Shown here in pieces: positions 11,900 to 23,076 of a stretch of DNA of 64,000 bases. The translations under genes and the position numbers were made by a program. Position 1 is the first letter of the stretch, and the number at the start of each line of letters is the position of its first letter. Where the stretch lies: NCBI GenBank assembly GCA_023213395.1, contig CM041465.1:154635741-154699740 (forward strand). The letters run 5' to 3'. A model generated the notes under the pieces. The model was given only the letters and a program-made list of their open reading frames with translations, was not told where the DNA came from and did not search any database. This stretch comes from Cycas panzhihuaensis (Eukaryota > Plantae > Cycadophyta).

Positions 11900-14380
11900 A
11901 ATGTGTATGGACTACTACCTTCTAAAGCTACTATTAAGAGTAGGATTCCCATTCCATGAATAGATAATTTATTAGATGAGTTATATGGAGGTAAGTATTT
12001 TACCAAGATTAACTTTCATCTAAAGTATTACCATAGTAGAGTAGGGCTATAAATACCCTAAAGGCTACTTTTTAAACTCATGAAAAGAACTCTAAGTTCA
12101 AGGTAATACCTTATTAGCTAACCAATAGCTCAACTACTTTTTAGGTAGCAATGAATAAGTACTTAAACCTTACCTATAGAAGTTGTATCTAATTTTATTT
12201 GATGATATTTTTATACACCATGCAAATTAGTAAGTTTATCATATAAGAATAATCCTCTAGGGCCTATAAGATGATAACTTTTTTGACAAAATATCAAAAT
12301 ATCTATTTAAAGAAATAAAGATAAGGAATTAGAGGTATATTATCTTATAGGATGGAGTCAAGGTGGACTTAAAAGAAGAACCAAGGCATGCTAAAATGGC
12401 TAACACCTAAAAACATGTACAAGGATAGAGGATTTCTAGAAGTAATGAGCTTTTATATAAAATTCAAAGGGTATATACTCACACCATGGTACCCATAGTA
12501 GACATCACTAGAAAAGATACTTTTGTATGGAATAAGTAAACAAAAAAGGCCTTATAAGGTATTAAGAAGAAGATGACACTAGTTCTTGTGACTACATATC
12601 TCTTAAAAGCATTTGTGCTAAAATATGACACTTCAAGTGAAATTTTAGGAGAAACTTTTATACAAGATAAAAGGCTAGTAGCATTTGAAAGTAAGAAATT
12701 CAAACGTAAAGAAAAGTTTAAGTACATTTATAGCAAAGAAATACTTTCCATTATACATGCTATAAGTAAGTAAAGGAAATACCTATTAGGTAATAAATTT
12801 TCGGTTAAGATAGATCATGATAATTATAAATATCTTCTTAAATAGCCCACAATATCTAATAAATAATAAAAATAGCTAAGCAAGATTTAAGATTTTGATT
12901 TTAATATAATATATAAGAAAATCAAAGAAAATATAATAGATAATGGGCCATCAAAGTTAAATGAGGGATCGATCCTCCATACAGTCATTATTAGAACTCC
13001 AAAATATTAAAAACAAGTTTAAGAAAATTTCTCCTAAGACTAAGACACATAGAAAGTCATTTAAAATTTATAAGCATAGACACAGTAAGGCAGCATAAAT
13101 TAAGAAAGGAAAATAGGAACATTTTGGTACAAAGTAAGAATATACTTAACTCCAAATTTGTAGTTCAAAGATATCATACTATAAGAATATCATGCATCCC
13201 CGATCATAAGGAATATATAGATGAATCGAATATGTAAGGATGCTTGATAATTAATGAAATAGTGTAAAAATAGATATCTTTAAATTTATATATAAGTACA
13301 ATATATGCTAATGGCAAATATGAGAGAATATAAAGTCACCAAGGTTGTTGTGACTTCTCCATATTTTAGAATAGTGATGGCAATAAATTCCCATGGACTC
13401 TATTACTAAGCCACTGAATTTAGAAGGGAATAATGTTATTTTTGTCATTATAGATATATAAACAAAGTACCCTTACTTTTGAAAATTCTTGTAAATTTTT
13501 AAGGCTAAGCAAATGGACATAACTTCCTATAAGTTATAGTTAGTAATTGTTACTCCAAGTTTACATCCAACCTTTGGAAGAAATTATTTTCAACCATAAG
13601 CATAAAATTTATGATGAGTATAGCCTATTACCTACAACCATAGGTACTTTATCAAATAAGAACAAAGTCATTAATACAAGTTATTTTACTTTATATAATG
13701 GTGGTACTACAGTAGTCACCATATTATAATAAGAATGCCACCACTTTAGGCTCTTTATAGGTATAAGTTACTATCACTTATGAGTAAACTTGCTATATAC
13801 ACAAGGGTCCTAACTGTGAATAACTAACTTAAATAGATGAACATAATGTTGTGCATCCTAAAGGATAACTTCAACATCATAAAACAAGAATGAACTAGTG
13901 GGTAAATCTTAATATATCCAAGAAATATTTGATTATGGAAATTGTTTATTTCTAAGACTTTAACCATATAAGCAGGCTTCAATAAAATACACTAATAAAT
14001 ATAAGCTTTAGTCAATTTTTTTTACTCCTTACCAAATTCACAAAAAGATAGGGGAAGTTGTATATCAACTCAATTTACCATTAAGTAAAATTAACAATAT
14101 TTTATATGTATTATGGTTTAGAAGGAATATAGAAAAAAAAAACAAGTAGTCCTTGAATCAAAACTATTAGAACTTGGTAAAAAATAATGACTATTAATAG
14201 TGCCAAAGTTTATTCTTCAAGTCCACTTAAGATAGATATAAAGTAAATAGAGCAATAAATATATTATCAAATGGAAGGGCATAAAAGAAGATGACATAAA
14301 ATGGGATAGTAAATCATAGATGGAACAACATCTATTAGTATTTATACTTTGAGGGCAAAGCATGTTAAGGAGGAGGAATT
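11900..14380 (+). pseudogene. Second chromovirus Gypsy pol fragment (RT-RNaseH-integrase-chromodomain), 5' truncated
   Basis: MCMDY..PIP*IDNLLDELYGGKYF (~11901-12000). FVLKYDTS (ORF 12573). IPMDSITK (~13390). KYIIKWKGIKEDDIKWD (~14257-14307). PPT aaggaggaggaa (~14367-14378). Confidence 0.85.
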
Positions 14381-14930
14381 GTTGTGTGCCTATTAATGCA
14401 CATTTTAAAAATTAAATATTTTGTAATTATGGTATTGAAATAGAAAGAATTAAATTATAGAATATTGATCATGACATAGAGATTTGTATTAACTTTGAAA
14501 TGAATGATCATGGGGACTAAATGATTATTGTATGAAAATATTATGCTACTTTTATATTTGTAGTCTTAAATATATGTTAGCTTTACTTTAATTTATTAAT
14601 TATTTTCAATGCCAAGTATAGCCTAAAATAACTTATAATTAGATTAGTGACTATTTATAAGAAGTTAATTGATCATTTAGAAGTTTAAACTTTCAAAGTT
14701 TATTTAGTTTCTTCATTTTTTCTAGAGGGTTCCCTTAGCTCAAAGTGGGTTACAATCTATAAAAGATATTCTCATATCTTGTGGATATTTTATAATAAAG
14801 ATAATTTGTTTTATTACATACTATTCTATTCTATTATGAAGTTATATACTTCAAAATATTTTATTCCTTATGAATTGCCATATTAATTATCATTTTAGTA
14901 CTTGCTTCTTTCGAATATAATTTAAAGTGG
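14380..14930 (+). repeat. Probable 3' LTR of the 11.9-14.4 kb chromovirus fragment
   Basis: Begins with TG immediately after the PPT. No partner LTR in the window, so the right boundary is a guess. Confidence 0.4.
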
Positions 14931-15399
14931 TTATTAGTATTCTATTGTTATTAATTTTTACCATTTGGTAGTACTTAAGATTTTTTTACCGTTACTTCTT
15001 ATTAGAATTAGTAAGAATCCTTGAAGGATTGTCGTAATCAACAATTGATAGTAAATCATAATCCATACAATGAAAAATATCAAGGAATGTTGAATGATGA
15101 AATAGAAAGTACTAGATGAGACTAACCTAGGCACATGAGGCCCAAAACAACTAAGCTTTGATATCAAGGCTCTTCAAAATGAAGGATGCATGTGGCCTCA
15201 AAATAACAAAGCTTTAAAGATGAAGCATTTTAAAAAATAAGGGTATATTATAGCCCACCTCCCCTAAATTGACCATAATATATATGCATATATAAAGGTA
15301 GAAAGGTATATGAGGAGGTTTGCATTATTTTATATACCATTGACATTTGTCCTTCATGGAGTCATTCTTAGGACTAGGTTCCAAAGGCATATCTTAGTG

Positions 15400-17230
15400 G
15401 TATGGGCCACTACATAATGAAGTTTAGCTAATGGCTAATCTTAAGTACTTCTAGCCTTTAGTTTTTTCACATCCTTCTCAAAGATAGATTGTTACCTCTC
15501 GAGCCTTGGCACAAATTGCCTTGGGTTCTCAAGTTGGCTAGGTAGATATCCAGAAATGGCTAGATAATCATGCTTCTTAACATCCCCTTTGCTTTTGATG
15601 TCACTTATGGTTAAATGTGGGGTCATCCTATATAAGAATTTTAGGGAAAAAATATCACTATTCGATATTCCAACACTTATCATTAGCAAGTAAGACATAA
15701 GTAGCACATAAGGTTTTCTTGGCCTTGGATACATATTATTCTTCATGGCTTCCCAACAATGTAGCCCACTTGTAATTCCTCTTATTAGTAAAAAACTTTC
15801 TATGGTCTGGAGCTATTAATAAGTGTGGCATTCTCGAAGTGTCATGGGAAGCATTTTATGACTACCTTGAAAATGGTAGTGTTAGATGCATTTATATCTA
15901 GATGTAAGGCATAGTTCTCATTACTAAGTGATTAATAAAAAAATTAGACCAGGCATAGCTTACTACACCTTTGTATTTCCAATTATTTACCATGTTAGGC
16001 TTAAGGTTTAAAAGAATGTCCTTTTAGAGAACCTTATGCTTAGCCTAAATAAAATCATGATGAAAGGTTTTTTAGTGACTAAATCCATTTTGAATGCCTA
16101 GTATACTAGTAATAAGTTCCTCATTTAGAAGTGTAATATGGCATGCCATGGTTATATAGCTCAACATATTTCTCTCTGGTGGTTATGGTTATTGGTTAGG
16201 AATAGCATATGCTTCACCCTAATGGGTTGCTCGTATACTAAATGGTGGTACAAAAGAGGAATTATTTCTGTTAAATGTCTTCTTGATTTTCACTCTAGCC
16301 AATAGCTGTAGTGGAAAACATTTTAATCTAAATATGATATACGAACATCTCATGTCCTTTCATTTTATTAGCGTTCAAAAGTTGACATGGACAAACTTGA
16401 TCTTTATATTCATGCTTATTCTATCCATCATTAGTGGGTGGATTAGTTCTAGAAAGCTAAGAATCATTTTCTATATATTTTTGTCAAAAAGATTTATAAA
16501 ATTATTGTTTCCTCACATTGGCTTAGCTAGCAAGCTTAAAAGAATATAGAAGCAGTCAAATCCTTAGGTTTTATGGCTTGTCCACTTCTAAACTCTTTAG
16601 CATATGGTTTGCAACACAATTTTATTTCTTTGGCTCATTCTTCATAATGGCCTCATGACTAGATTAAGATCATTTAAGGCAAAAGTCCTCATCTCTTGCT
16701 CTTGTTATGGGCAACAAGTTTAAATCATTCATGTGCTTTGGGAGCATCTCCTCTTTTATATAGGCTTGGACATAGTTGTAAAGTAAAGGCTAGACTATTT
16801 GTATCAAGTACTTTAAGAAAACATAGTTATTTTTAGAAATATTTCACTCTACAATAAAGGCTTCTATTCAACTTGGCAAATTCCATGAAATTAAAATTAT
16901 ATGGCACATTCATACTAGTGTTATAGTTTGTGGAGAAGCTCCTCCTAGTCCTATTGATGCCTTTGTTGGTTTGCTTGTTGATCTTGTGGTGCAGATGAAG
17001 GCGAACCTAGGTGCTCATGTTCTTGAGGTTGAAAAGTTGAATCAACTCTTCTCCAACAACAACACTCTTAAGTGATTCTAAGTATGCATTAAGACGCTTT
17101 AGGCAATTTGCCACCCCTACATATCAATGCAGAGGTAAATGTTTGTTCCATGATAGTTGTAGAGCTAATGGTTTGTTTCTTTTCCCATGTTGATTTTTTA
17201 TTCTAACTAGCTTTGACTATCACCTATATA
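15400..17230 (+). mobile_element. 5'-truncated degenerate L1-type LINE (ORF2 C-terminal part incl. zf-RVT)
   Basis: LSLASKT..VFLALDTYYSSWLP (~15680-15755). VSW....ENGS....ITK(W)L (~15840-15935). FLWLILHNGLMTRLR..SCSC...IIHVLWEH (~16625-16750). These match plant LINE ORF2 motifs. Boundaries approximate. Confidence 0.65.
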
Positions 17231-18260
17231 GTAAGGAATGGGTCCTAATACCCTACACTTCATCATTTGGAGTTATGCTTAGAGCATACTTGTTTAGTGC
17301 AAAGCGCAATACCATCAATAACTATTCTTCCGTACGCACAAAGCGCAATACCATCCCTAACTAACCAAGATTCTTCATTTTATTTGAATAAGAAGTGCGA
17401 CTTTTGAGATGAAACTATTTCACATTGCAAAAATATTTTAAACTACATAAATATGACGGTCTTGTTAAGTACAGTATATCACCATATGTACTTTTATTCG
17501 TTAGGGACAAGCTCATTTAGTGAGGCCACCAACATTCGTGGATCCCACGTTCCACTCATCATAATTTCATGATGACCAGTAAAGCCAAAGATTCCCATCA
17601 TCGCTTTCCATGAGCAGATTATATACAGGGAATTGTAGTCTGTAATTTATTTAACGCAAAGTATCCGTGAACATATACGCGTCTCCAAGGATGAGATGCA
17701 TTAGCATTTAAATACGAATTCTAAATATTAAATGGTATTAATTCCTTGATTATGACCGTAAACAAAATAAATCGTCTTTTATTTGTCGTCCAGAATGTCT
17801 TGACGGATGGTGCGTATGAATTTTCCCACTTCCAGATAACGACGACTAAAATAATTGATTAGATAAAATGTACAGCCGACGAAAAGATTAACGAACTTTC
17901 AACGAAACGTGGAGATCTTGGCCACTGCCACTTCAATGGATCGAACAACTCAGACGGTCATTTATTTTCCCATTCCCAACAATGAAACGACGCCCGACCA
18001 ACTGGTAATGCGGCTCGCTCTTTCTCCGTCCGTAGGTATGACTATCAAAAATATTGTACGTCTCCTTACCTCATTATAAATTTTGCGTGAAGCTGCAAAA
18101 CCAATATCCAGCTTGCATTGCATTATGTGTTTTCAGTCCGTCCTGGTTCTGTCAGTATTTTTCGTTCCGAGGCTTCGTGCATTTCCAGATTAATAAGTCT
18201 TACCTGTTCCGGCAGCGCGGTCCCTCCTGTCTTTCCCTGTACCCAATACCTCTGCCCACA

Positions 18261-18268
18261 TATAAAAA
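18261..18268 (+). promoter_or_regulatory. TATA box of the PME gene
   Basis: tataaaaa about 65 nt upstream of the first in-frame ATG, with a CCAAT at 18243. Confidence 0.6.
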
Positions 18269-18328
18269 GGCAGAAAGAATAGTAAACATTAGTGGTCGAA
18301 TCCCGTAGAAGTCCATGAGCTCTCTGTG

Positions 18329-19430
18329 ATGTACGAAAGAGTAGCGGATTCAAACAGTCAGTTCAGCATGGACGCCATGAAAAACTCGAAGAAAAAGTTA
18401 CTCATGATTGCTGTAACATTTATCGGCCTGATAGCTGCCGGTGCCTGTATAACGGTCGGAAATGTCGAAAGGAAGAGCAAAAGGAACCGCGAGATTTTGA
18501 CGGTTCGCAGGCGCATGGCGTCCCGGGCTATACAACCGGCGTGCAGTGTGACGCTGTACCCGGACGTCTGCGTTTCGAGCCTGGTAACCCGTCGCGAATC
18601 GTTAAGCGCAGCTTCCTTCAAAGATGTGGCCAATATTGCCGTCAAGGTGACAATGGAGGAGGTTCAGAAGGTCTCATCTCTGGCCTCAGAGATGAATGGA
18701 CGCCCCATGGATCGAAATTATCGCGCTGTACTTGAAGATTGCATCGAGCTTTTCGGATACACGCTGCACCAGCTCAATGATTCTCTTTCGAATTTGATGA
18801 ATTTGAAAGCAAATTCCATGACAAGGCAACAGGCCGGCGACCTGCGGACATGGCTCAGCGCCTCCCTCACCAATCAGGAGACGTGCCTCGATCTGTCTGA
18901 AAGCATGAACGTAACCATCGGTTCGGCGTTTTACAGTAGAATGCGAACCGTTGCGAAACTCGTCAGTAATTCTCTCGCGATCGTTAGCGGGATTTCTGTC
19001 ATCGGAAAAGATGATGAAAACCCGACTTTGCATAACCGCCGTCTCTTGTCGAACAATCCTTATGGCCCTGCAGATCGAGGAGGAGCCGATTCTTTTGGAG
19101 ACGATTTCTCTTGGAGCTACGGCTCTATAGATGGCGGTTTTCCTGTCTGGTTGTCGTCCGCAGACAGGAGACTCCTCCAGGCTCCTCGGGGTGCCGTGCC
19201 GGCAAACGCTGTGGTGGCCCAAGACGGTACCGGAAATTACTGGACCATAACGGAGGCAATTAATGCGGCTCCCGGTAGTAGGGGCAGATATGTAATTCAG
19301 GTGAGAGCCGGGATTTACCAAGAGAACGTTCGGGTATCGAAAGCTAATATCATGTTAATTGGAGACGGAATGGATGTTACAGTTGTTACAGGGAGCAAAG
19401 GCGGCATATCAAAATCTGCAGCCGTCTTTG
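18329..19430 (+). CDS. PME: Pectin methylesterase (type I, PMEI pro-domain + PME), exon 1
   Basis: N-terminal basic patch + TM anchor (KKKLLMIAVTFIGLIAAGACITV). PMEI cysteines (CSVTLYPDVC, LEDCIELF, WLSASLTNQETC). Two RRLL processing sites (19037, 19166). VVAQDGTGNY and GIYQE motifs. Donor G/gtaatt at 19430/19431 (phase 1). Start could instead be ATG 18368 or 18377. Confidence 0.95.
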
Positions 19431-19722
19431 GTAATTTCATGTCACACGATCTTACAGACTTAAGATGCATTATTGTACATAGTACTGTTTCTCGTTGCCT
19501 TCGTTGTTGCAGAAAACCATGACCTGAAAGCCTCCGGAAGATTCTAGGTGTATCAGTCTACCAGCGAAAGAAATCGGAATTACTTACATGTCGTTATGTA
19601 GCTAATCTGACACTTTTGCTCAATTGTTTCCTTTGCCATCTCATAGGTTTTTCGATTCTGTAAACCGAGTTTACATTTGTACAACTTTTCAACTGAATAT
19701 ATGCATTCACTGTATAATGCAG
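19431..19722 (+). other. Intron of the PME gene (292 bp, GT-AG)
   Basis: gtaatt...tgcag at the usual plant PME intron position. Splicing joins both ORFs in frame (1102+698=1800 nt, 599 aa + stop). Confidence 0.9.
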
Positions 19723-20420
19723 TTGCTATGGAAAACGGATTTATCGCGCGCGACATGACCTTCGAGAACACAGCAGGACCCGATAATGGTCAGGCAGTGG
19801 CTGTGCGCATAGGATCGGACCATTCGGCCTTCTATCATTGCAGTTTCAGGGGTTACCAAGACACCGTCTATGCATATTCTCAACGACAATTTTACCGAGA
19901 GTGTGATATCTACGGTACTATAGATTTCATCTTTGGCAACGCAGCGGCCGTGTTCCAGAGCTGTAAGATAATGCCGCGCAAGCCGAGTGGTGGACAGAAG
20001 GACGTTATCACAGCCCAAGGTAGAACTGATCCAAATCAAAACACAGGTTTTTCCATCCACAACAGCATAGTTACAGCCGCTTCCGATCTCCTCCCAGTAC
20101 AGGGGTCCGTCCCTACTTACCTGGGAAGGCCATGGAAAGAATACTCTCGCACGGTGTACATGCAGTCTTTCCTGGATGATTTGATTCATCCTTCCGGGTG
20201 GCAGGAATGGTCTGGAAATTTTGCACTGGCGACCTTGTATTATGGGGAATATATGAACTCTGGGCCTGGTGCGGGTACTTCGAGGCGAGTTAAATGGCCT
20301 GGTTATCGAGTGATCACAACTGCAGACGAAGCCAACCAATTCACCGTGGCTGCTTTCATCTCTGGAGATTCATGGCTACCCTCCACCGGGATTGCCTTCC
20401 AAGCTGGCTTAATAGGTTAA
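19723..20420 (+). CDS. PME: Pectin methylesterase, exon 2 (catalytic core)
   Basis: GFIARDMTFENTAGP, QAVAVR, YQDTVY, DFIFGNA, YLGRPWKEYSRT, YGEYMNSGPG motifs all intact. TAA at 20418-20420. Confidence 0.97.
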
Positions 20421-20484
20421 GCGGATTACCGCTCAATTCACTATTTAAAGTTGTATAATGTCGTATTGTTCGAAGTATTACCAG

Positions 20485-20490
20485 AATAAA
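20485..20490 (+). terminator. Candidate polyadenylation signal (AATAAA) of PME
   Basis: aataaa 65 nt after the stop codon, followed by GT-rich sequence. Confidence 0.4.
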
Positions 20491-22960
20491 GATTGCAAGA
20501 GAATCTACTAAAATGTATTACGGGCCATGGTAAGACGAGGGTAATTTCCATGTGAAAAAGCATAGTTGGTGTCGTATCGTAGGATGTACATGAACAGTCT
20601 TTTCCAATAGAGCGTTTCTTTGTAATTTGTTTTTCGTTGGCGACTAGTTACTTTGTATTCACGTTAATATAGTTAATATTTTCGGGGAAAACAAATAGTA
20701 TGCAATGTCAATTATTATTATTGTCATAATTTTAAAGTTATATTTAGAGAGAATAAAAGAATCGTTTTATAGAAAATTCAAGCAAATGAATTCTTGTCTC
20801 CTTTAAATATAAAAAATAATTGAAAAAAAGATATTAAGATGAACAAAATGTTTCTTCTCTCTCTTCCCCCGCCTTGTTTAGAAAAACTAAGTTTTATTCT
20901 TTAGCGCTTGCACTCACCAAAAAAAAGCTTGCAAGTTAACTATATGTGCTATGGCATATATAGTATGATAAATTGTAGAAACAATGACATATCTAATAAA
21001 ATTAAAGATAAATAATAAGAAAGATTAACTTCCAAGGAGGGGATCTTTCCAAAAAGTCTATAAAATAGTTGTTGAATATTTTAAGGAGTTGTTCGAAAAA
21101 ATGTAATGCTCTAAATTTTTGTATTTTGAGATTCTCTCATTTGGCAGTGACTAAAAATAATAAAGTGAAGTTGGAAAGAGTGAAGTAGTTTTGCTTCTGA
21201 TTTGGTTGATGAGATTTATTTTTATCTAGTTAGTTGCCTTCTTTCCTTTGCATGAGATAATGTTTTGTAGGAAAGTAATAGTGCAACCTCTTCCATGAGA
21301 TGGCATAATAAGAAATAAGAAAATTAAGTGTTCTCTTTCGAACATATTCATAGGTCATGTTTATAGAAGATGTTGGATTTTTAGGGATTTTGTTAATTAA
21401 TTATAATATAGATGTATAAAATATGAAGGAGACATGTCAAACGAGGGTTGCATAATGTGATACACAAAATAATATTTAGACCTATGATGGAAATAGTAAA
21501 CTAAAGATTTTATTACTATAGAAATTAATATGTTAAGATACCTTTTCCAAAAGTTCTCTATTGTCTTGGAAAATATTTATTGAAGTCTCTAATTCAATAA
21601 TTAATGCTACAAACCATCATTTAGTCTAGTTTGTTATAGAATGGGATTTTATAAAGGTCTAAGATGATTTAAAGGATGGGATCCATGCATGAAATATTAT
21701 GGTCTAAGAAATTTTCAATCATAGTAATATTATATAGAGATCTTACTTGCCTTGATCACCATTCTTGATATGGGTTTCATTCACCATGGATATATGTCCT
21801 TTATGGGCATTACTTTTTTATTTTTAATATAAGTTGGTCACAGTTTCAAATTTTAATGACCTTTTGTTAATAAATATTAAGAGATTTATAGAATTAGCAT
21901 TGCTTGAGATGCTTAGTTGGATAAGATAATTTATGTTCTTTTTAAAGTTTATATTTAAGTCACATGTCTAAATGTGTATTTAAGTTATTATAATGTTTAA
22001 CTTTAATGTTTATTAATTATCTTATGTGAAAGGTGGTTGAAATGCAGAACTGTATTTCAATGAACCTTTCTTTGTATAAATTCATCTCCTAGATTCAAGG
22101 AGATGGTTCGAAGAATCTAGGAGGGCTGCTTAAATGCCTTTTACAAGGCTGGTCTAGTGGTTAGGTGGTTTACGTATTTGGTTTGCTGTTTCTTAAAGTT
22201 TCTTAATAAAATTACAAATTTATGAGGTGGTTTTTCTTCCCCAGAAAGGGTTTTCCACCTGTCAAACTGGTGTTCATGTGTAGTGTTATCTTGTTACTTA
22301 TGTTTGCTTATTTTGTGATCCTATTATAACATTGTGCATGTGCCAATCTTTCTACATGGTCTCATAGCCTGATTTAAGGCTCTTTGTCTTAAGTTCCTTC
22401 CTAGAATCATATATATGACATGTTAAAAGAGTTGCAGAATCTAATCTATCACTGTAAAGAGGATATTGATCTTGCACTCTTACATCTTCACCATTTTTGT
22501 TACGTCCTTCAATTTCAGAGTCACCAACTCCAGAATTACCACTAATACCAAGGAGCGGAAGGGTCTTTGCTACTAATGTCGACCCACTTGCACACGTTGA
22601 AAGAAGCCTAATCAAACCCATTTTGAAGAGGAAGGCCGAGACCGAGATGGTGAGCAGATAGTGGAATGGCAACAACAGAGCTTACAACATAAGAATGAAG
22701 ACAGTTGAAAACGGAATTGATCCCTACAACAGATGAGTAAATTCCTTTTCTTCTCACCAGTGTAACCACTTCATTTGCCAAAACATTTCTTCAGAGAGCG
22801 ATACTGATGGATGTTGTAGAGTGCAAACCACTCAATACATACATCTAGTACAGTGCTCAAAAACTCCCATTTATTAATACAACTCCCTTTGGAGGAGAGT
22901 AATTATGTTCTCTACCTTACATGCCTTCCATTAGCATCACAGACTCCAGTCCAAACCTAC

Positions 22961-23076
22961 AAGAGAGTCCCAAGGGTATATGCCTTCATGTAGGGGGGCA
23001 GTGGTGCTGCAAGAGAGTCCCGAGGGTATATGCTTTCACGTAGGGAGATAGTGGTGCTGTAAGAGAGTCCCGAGGG
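22961..23076 (+). repeat. 50-bp tandem repeat (~2.3 copies) in Copia leader
   Basis: aagagagtcc starts at 22961, 23011 and 23061, with near-identical units. Confidence 0.9.

Noticed and set aside
15100-15400. Short imperfect duplication and PPT-like tract (aaaaaataagggta ~15232-15245)
   Set aside because: Probably another chromovirus 3' remnant, but there are no coding motifs or boundaries to support a call.
18326-19522. 398-aa ORF and separate 247-aa ORF (19677..20420) as two genes
   Set aside because: They are two exons of one PME. The first ORF reads 92 nt into the intron and the second starts inside it.
18358-20339. Long antisense/alternate-frame ORFs (18358..18645, 18541..18735, 18686..19321, 19707..20339)
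   Set aside because: Shadows of the GC-richer PME coding sequence, with no recognisable motifs.
22961-23076. 50-bp repeats as a CRISPR-like array
   Set aside because: Whole units are repeated with no unique spacers, and the context is a eukaryotic retrotransposon.
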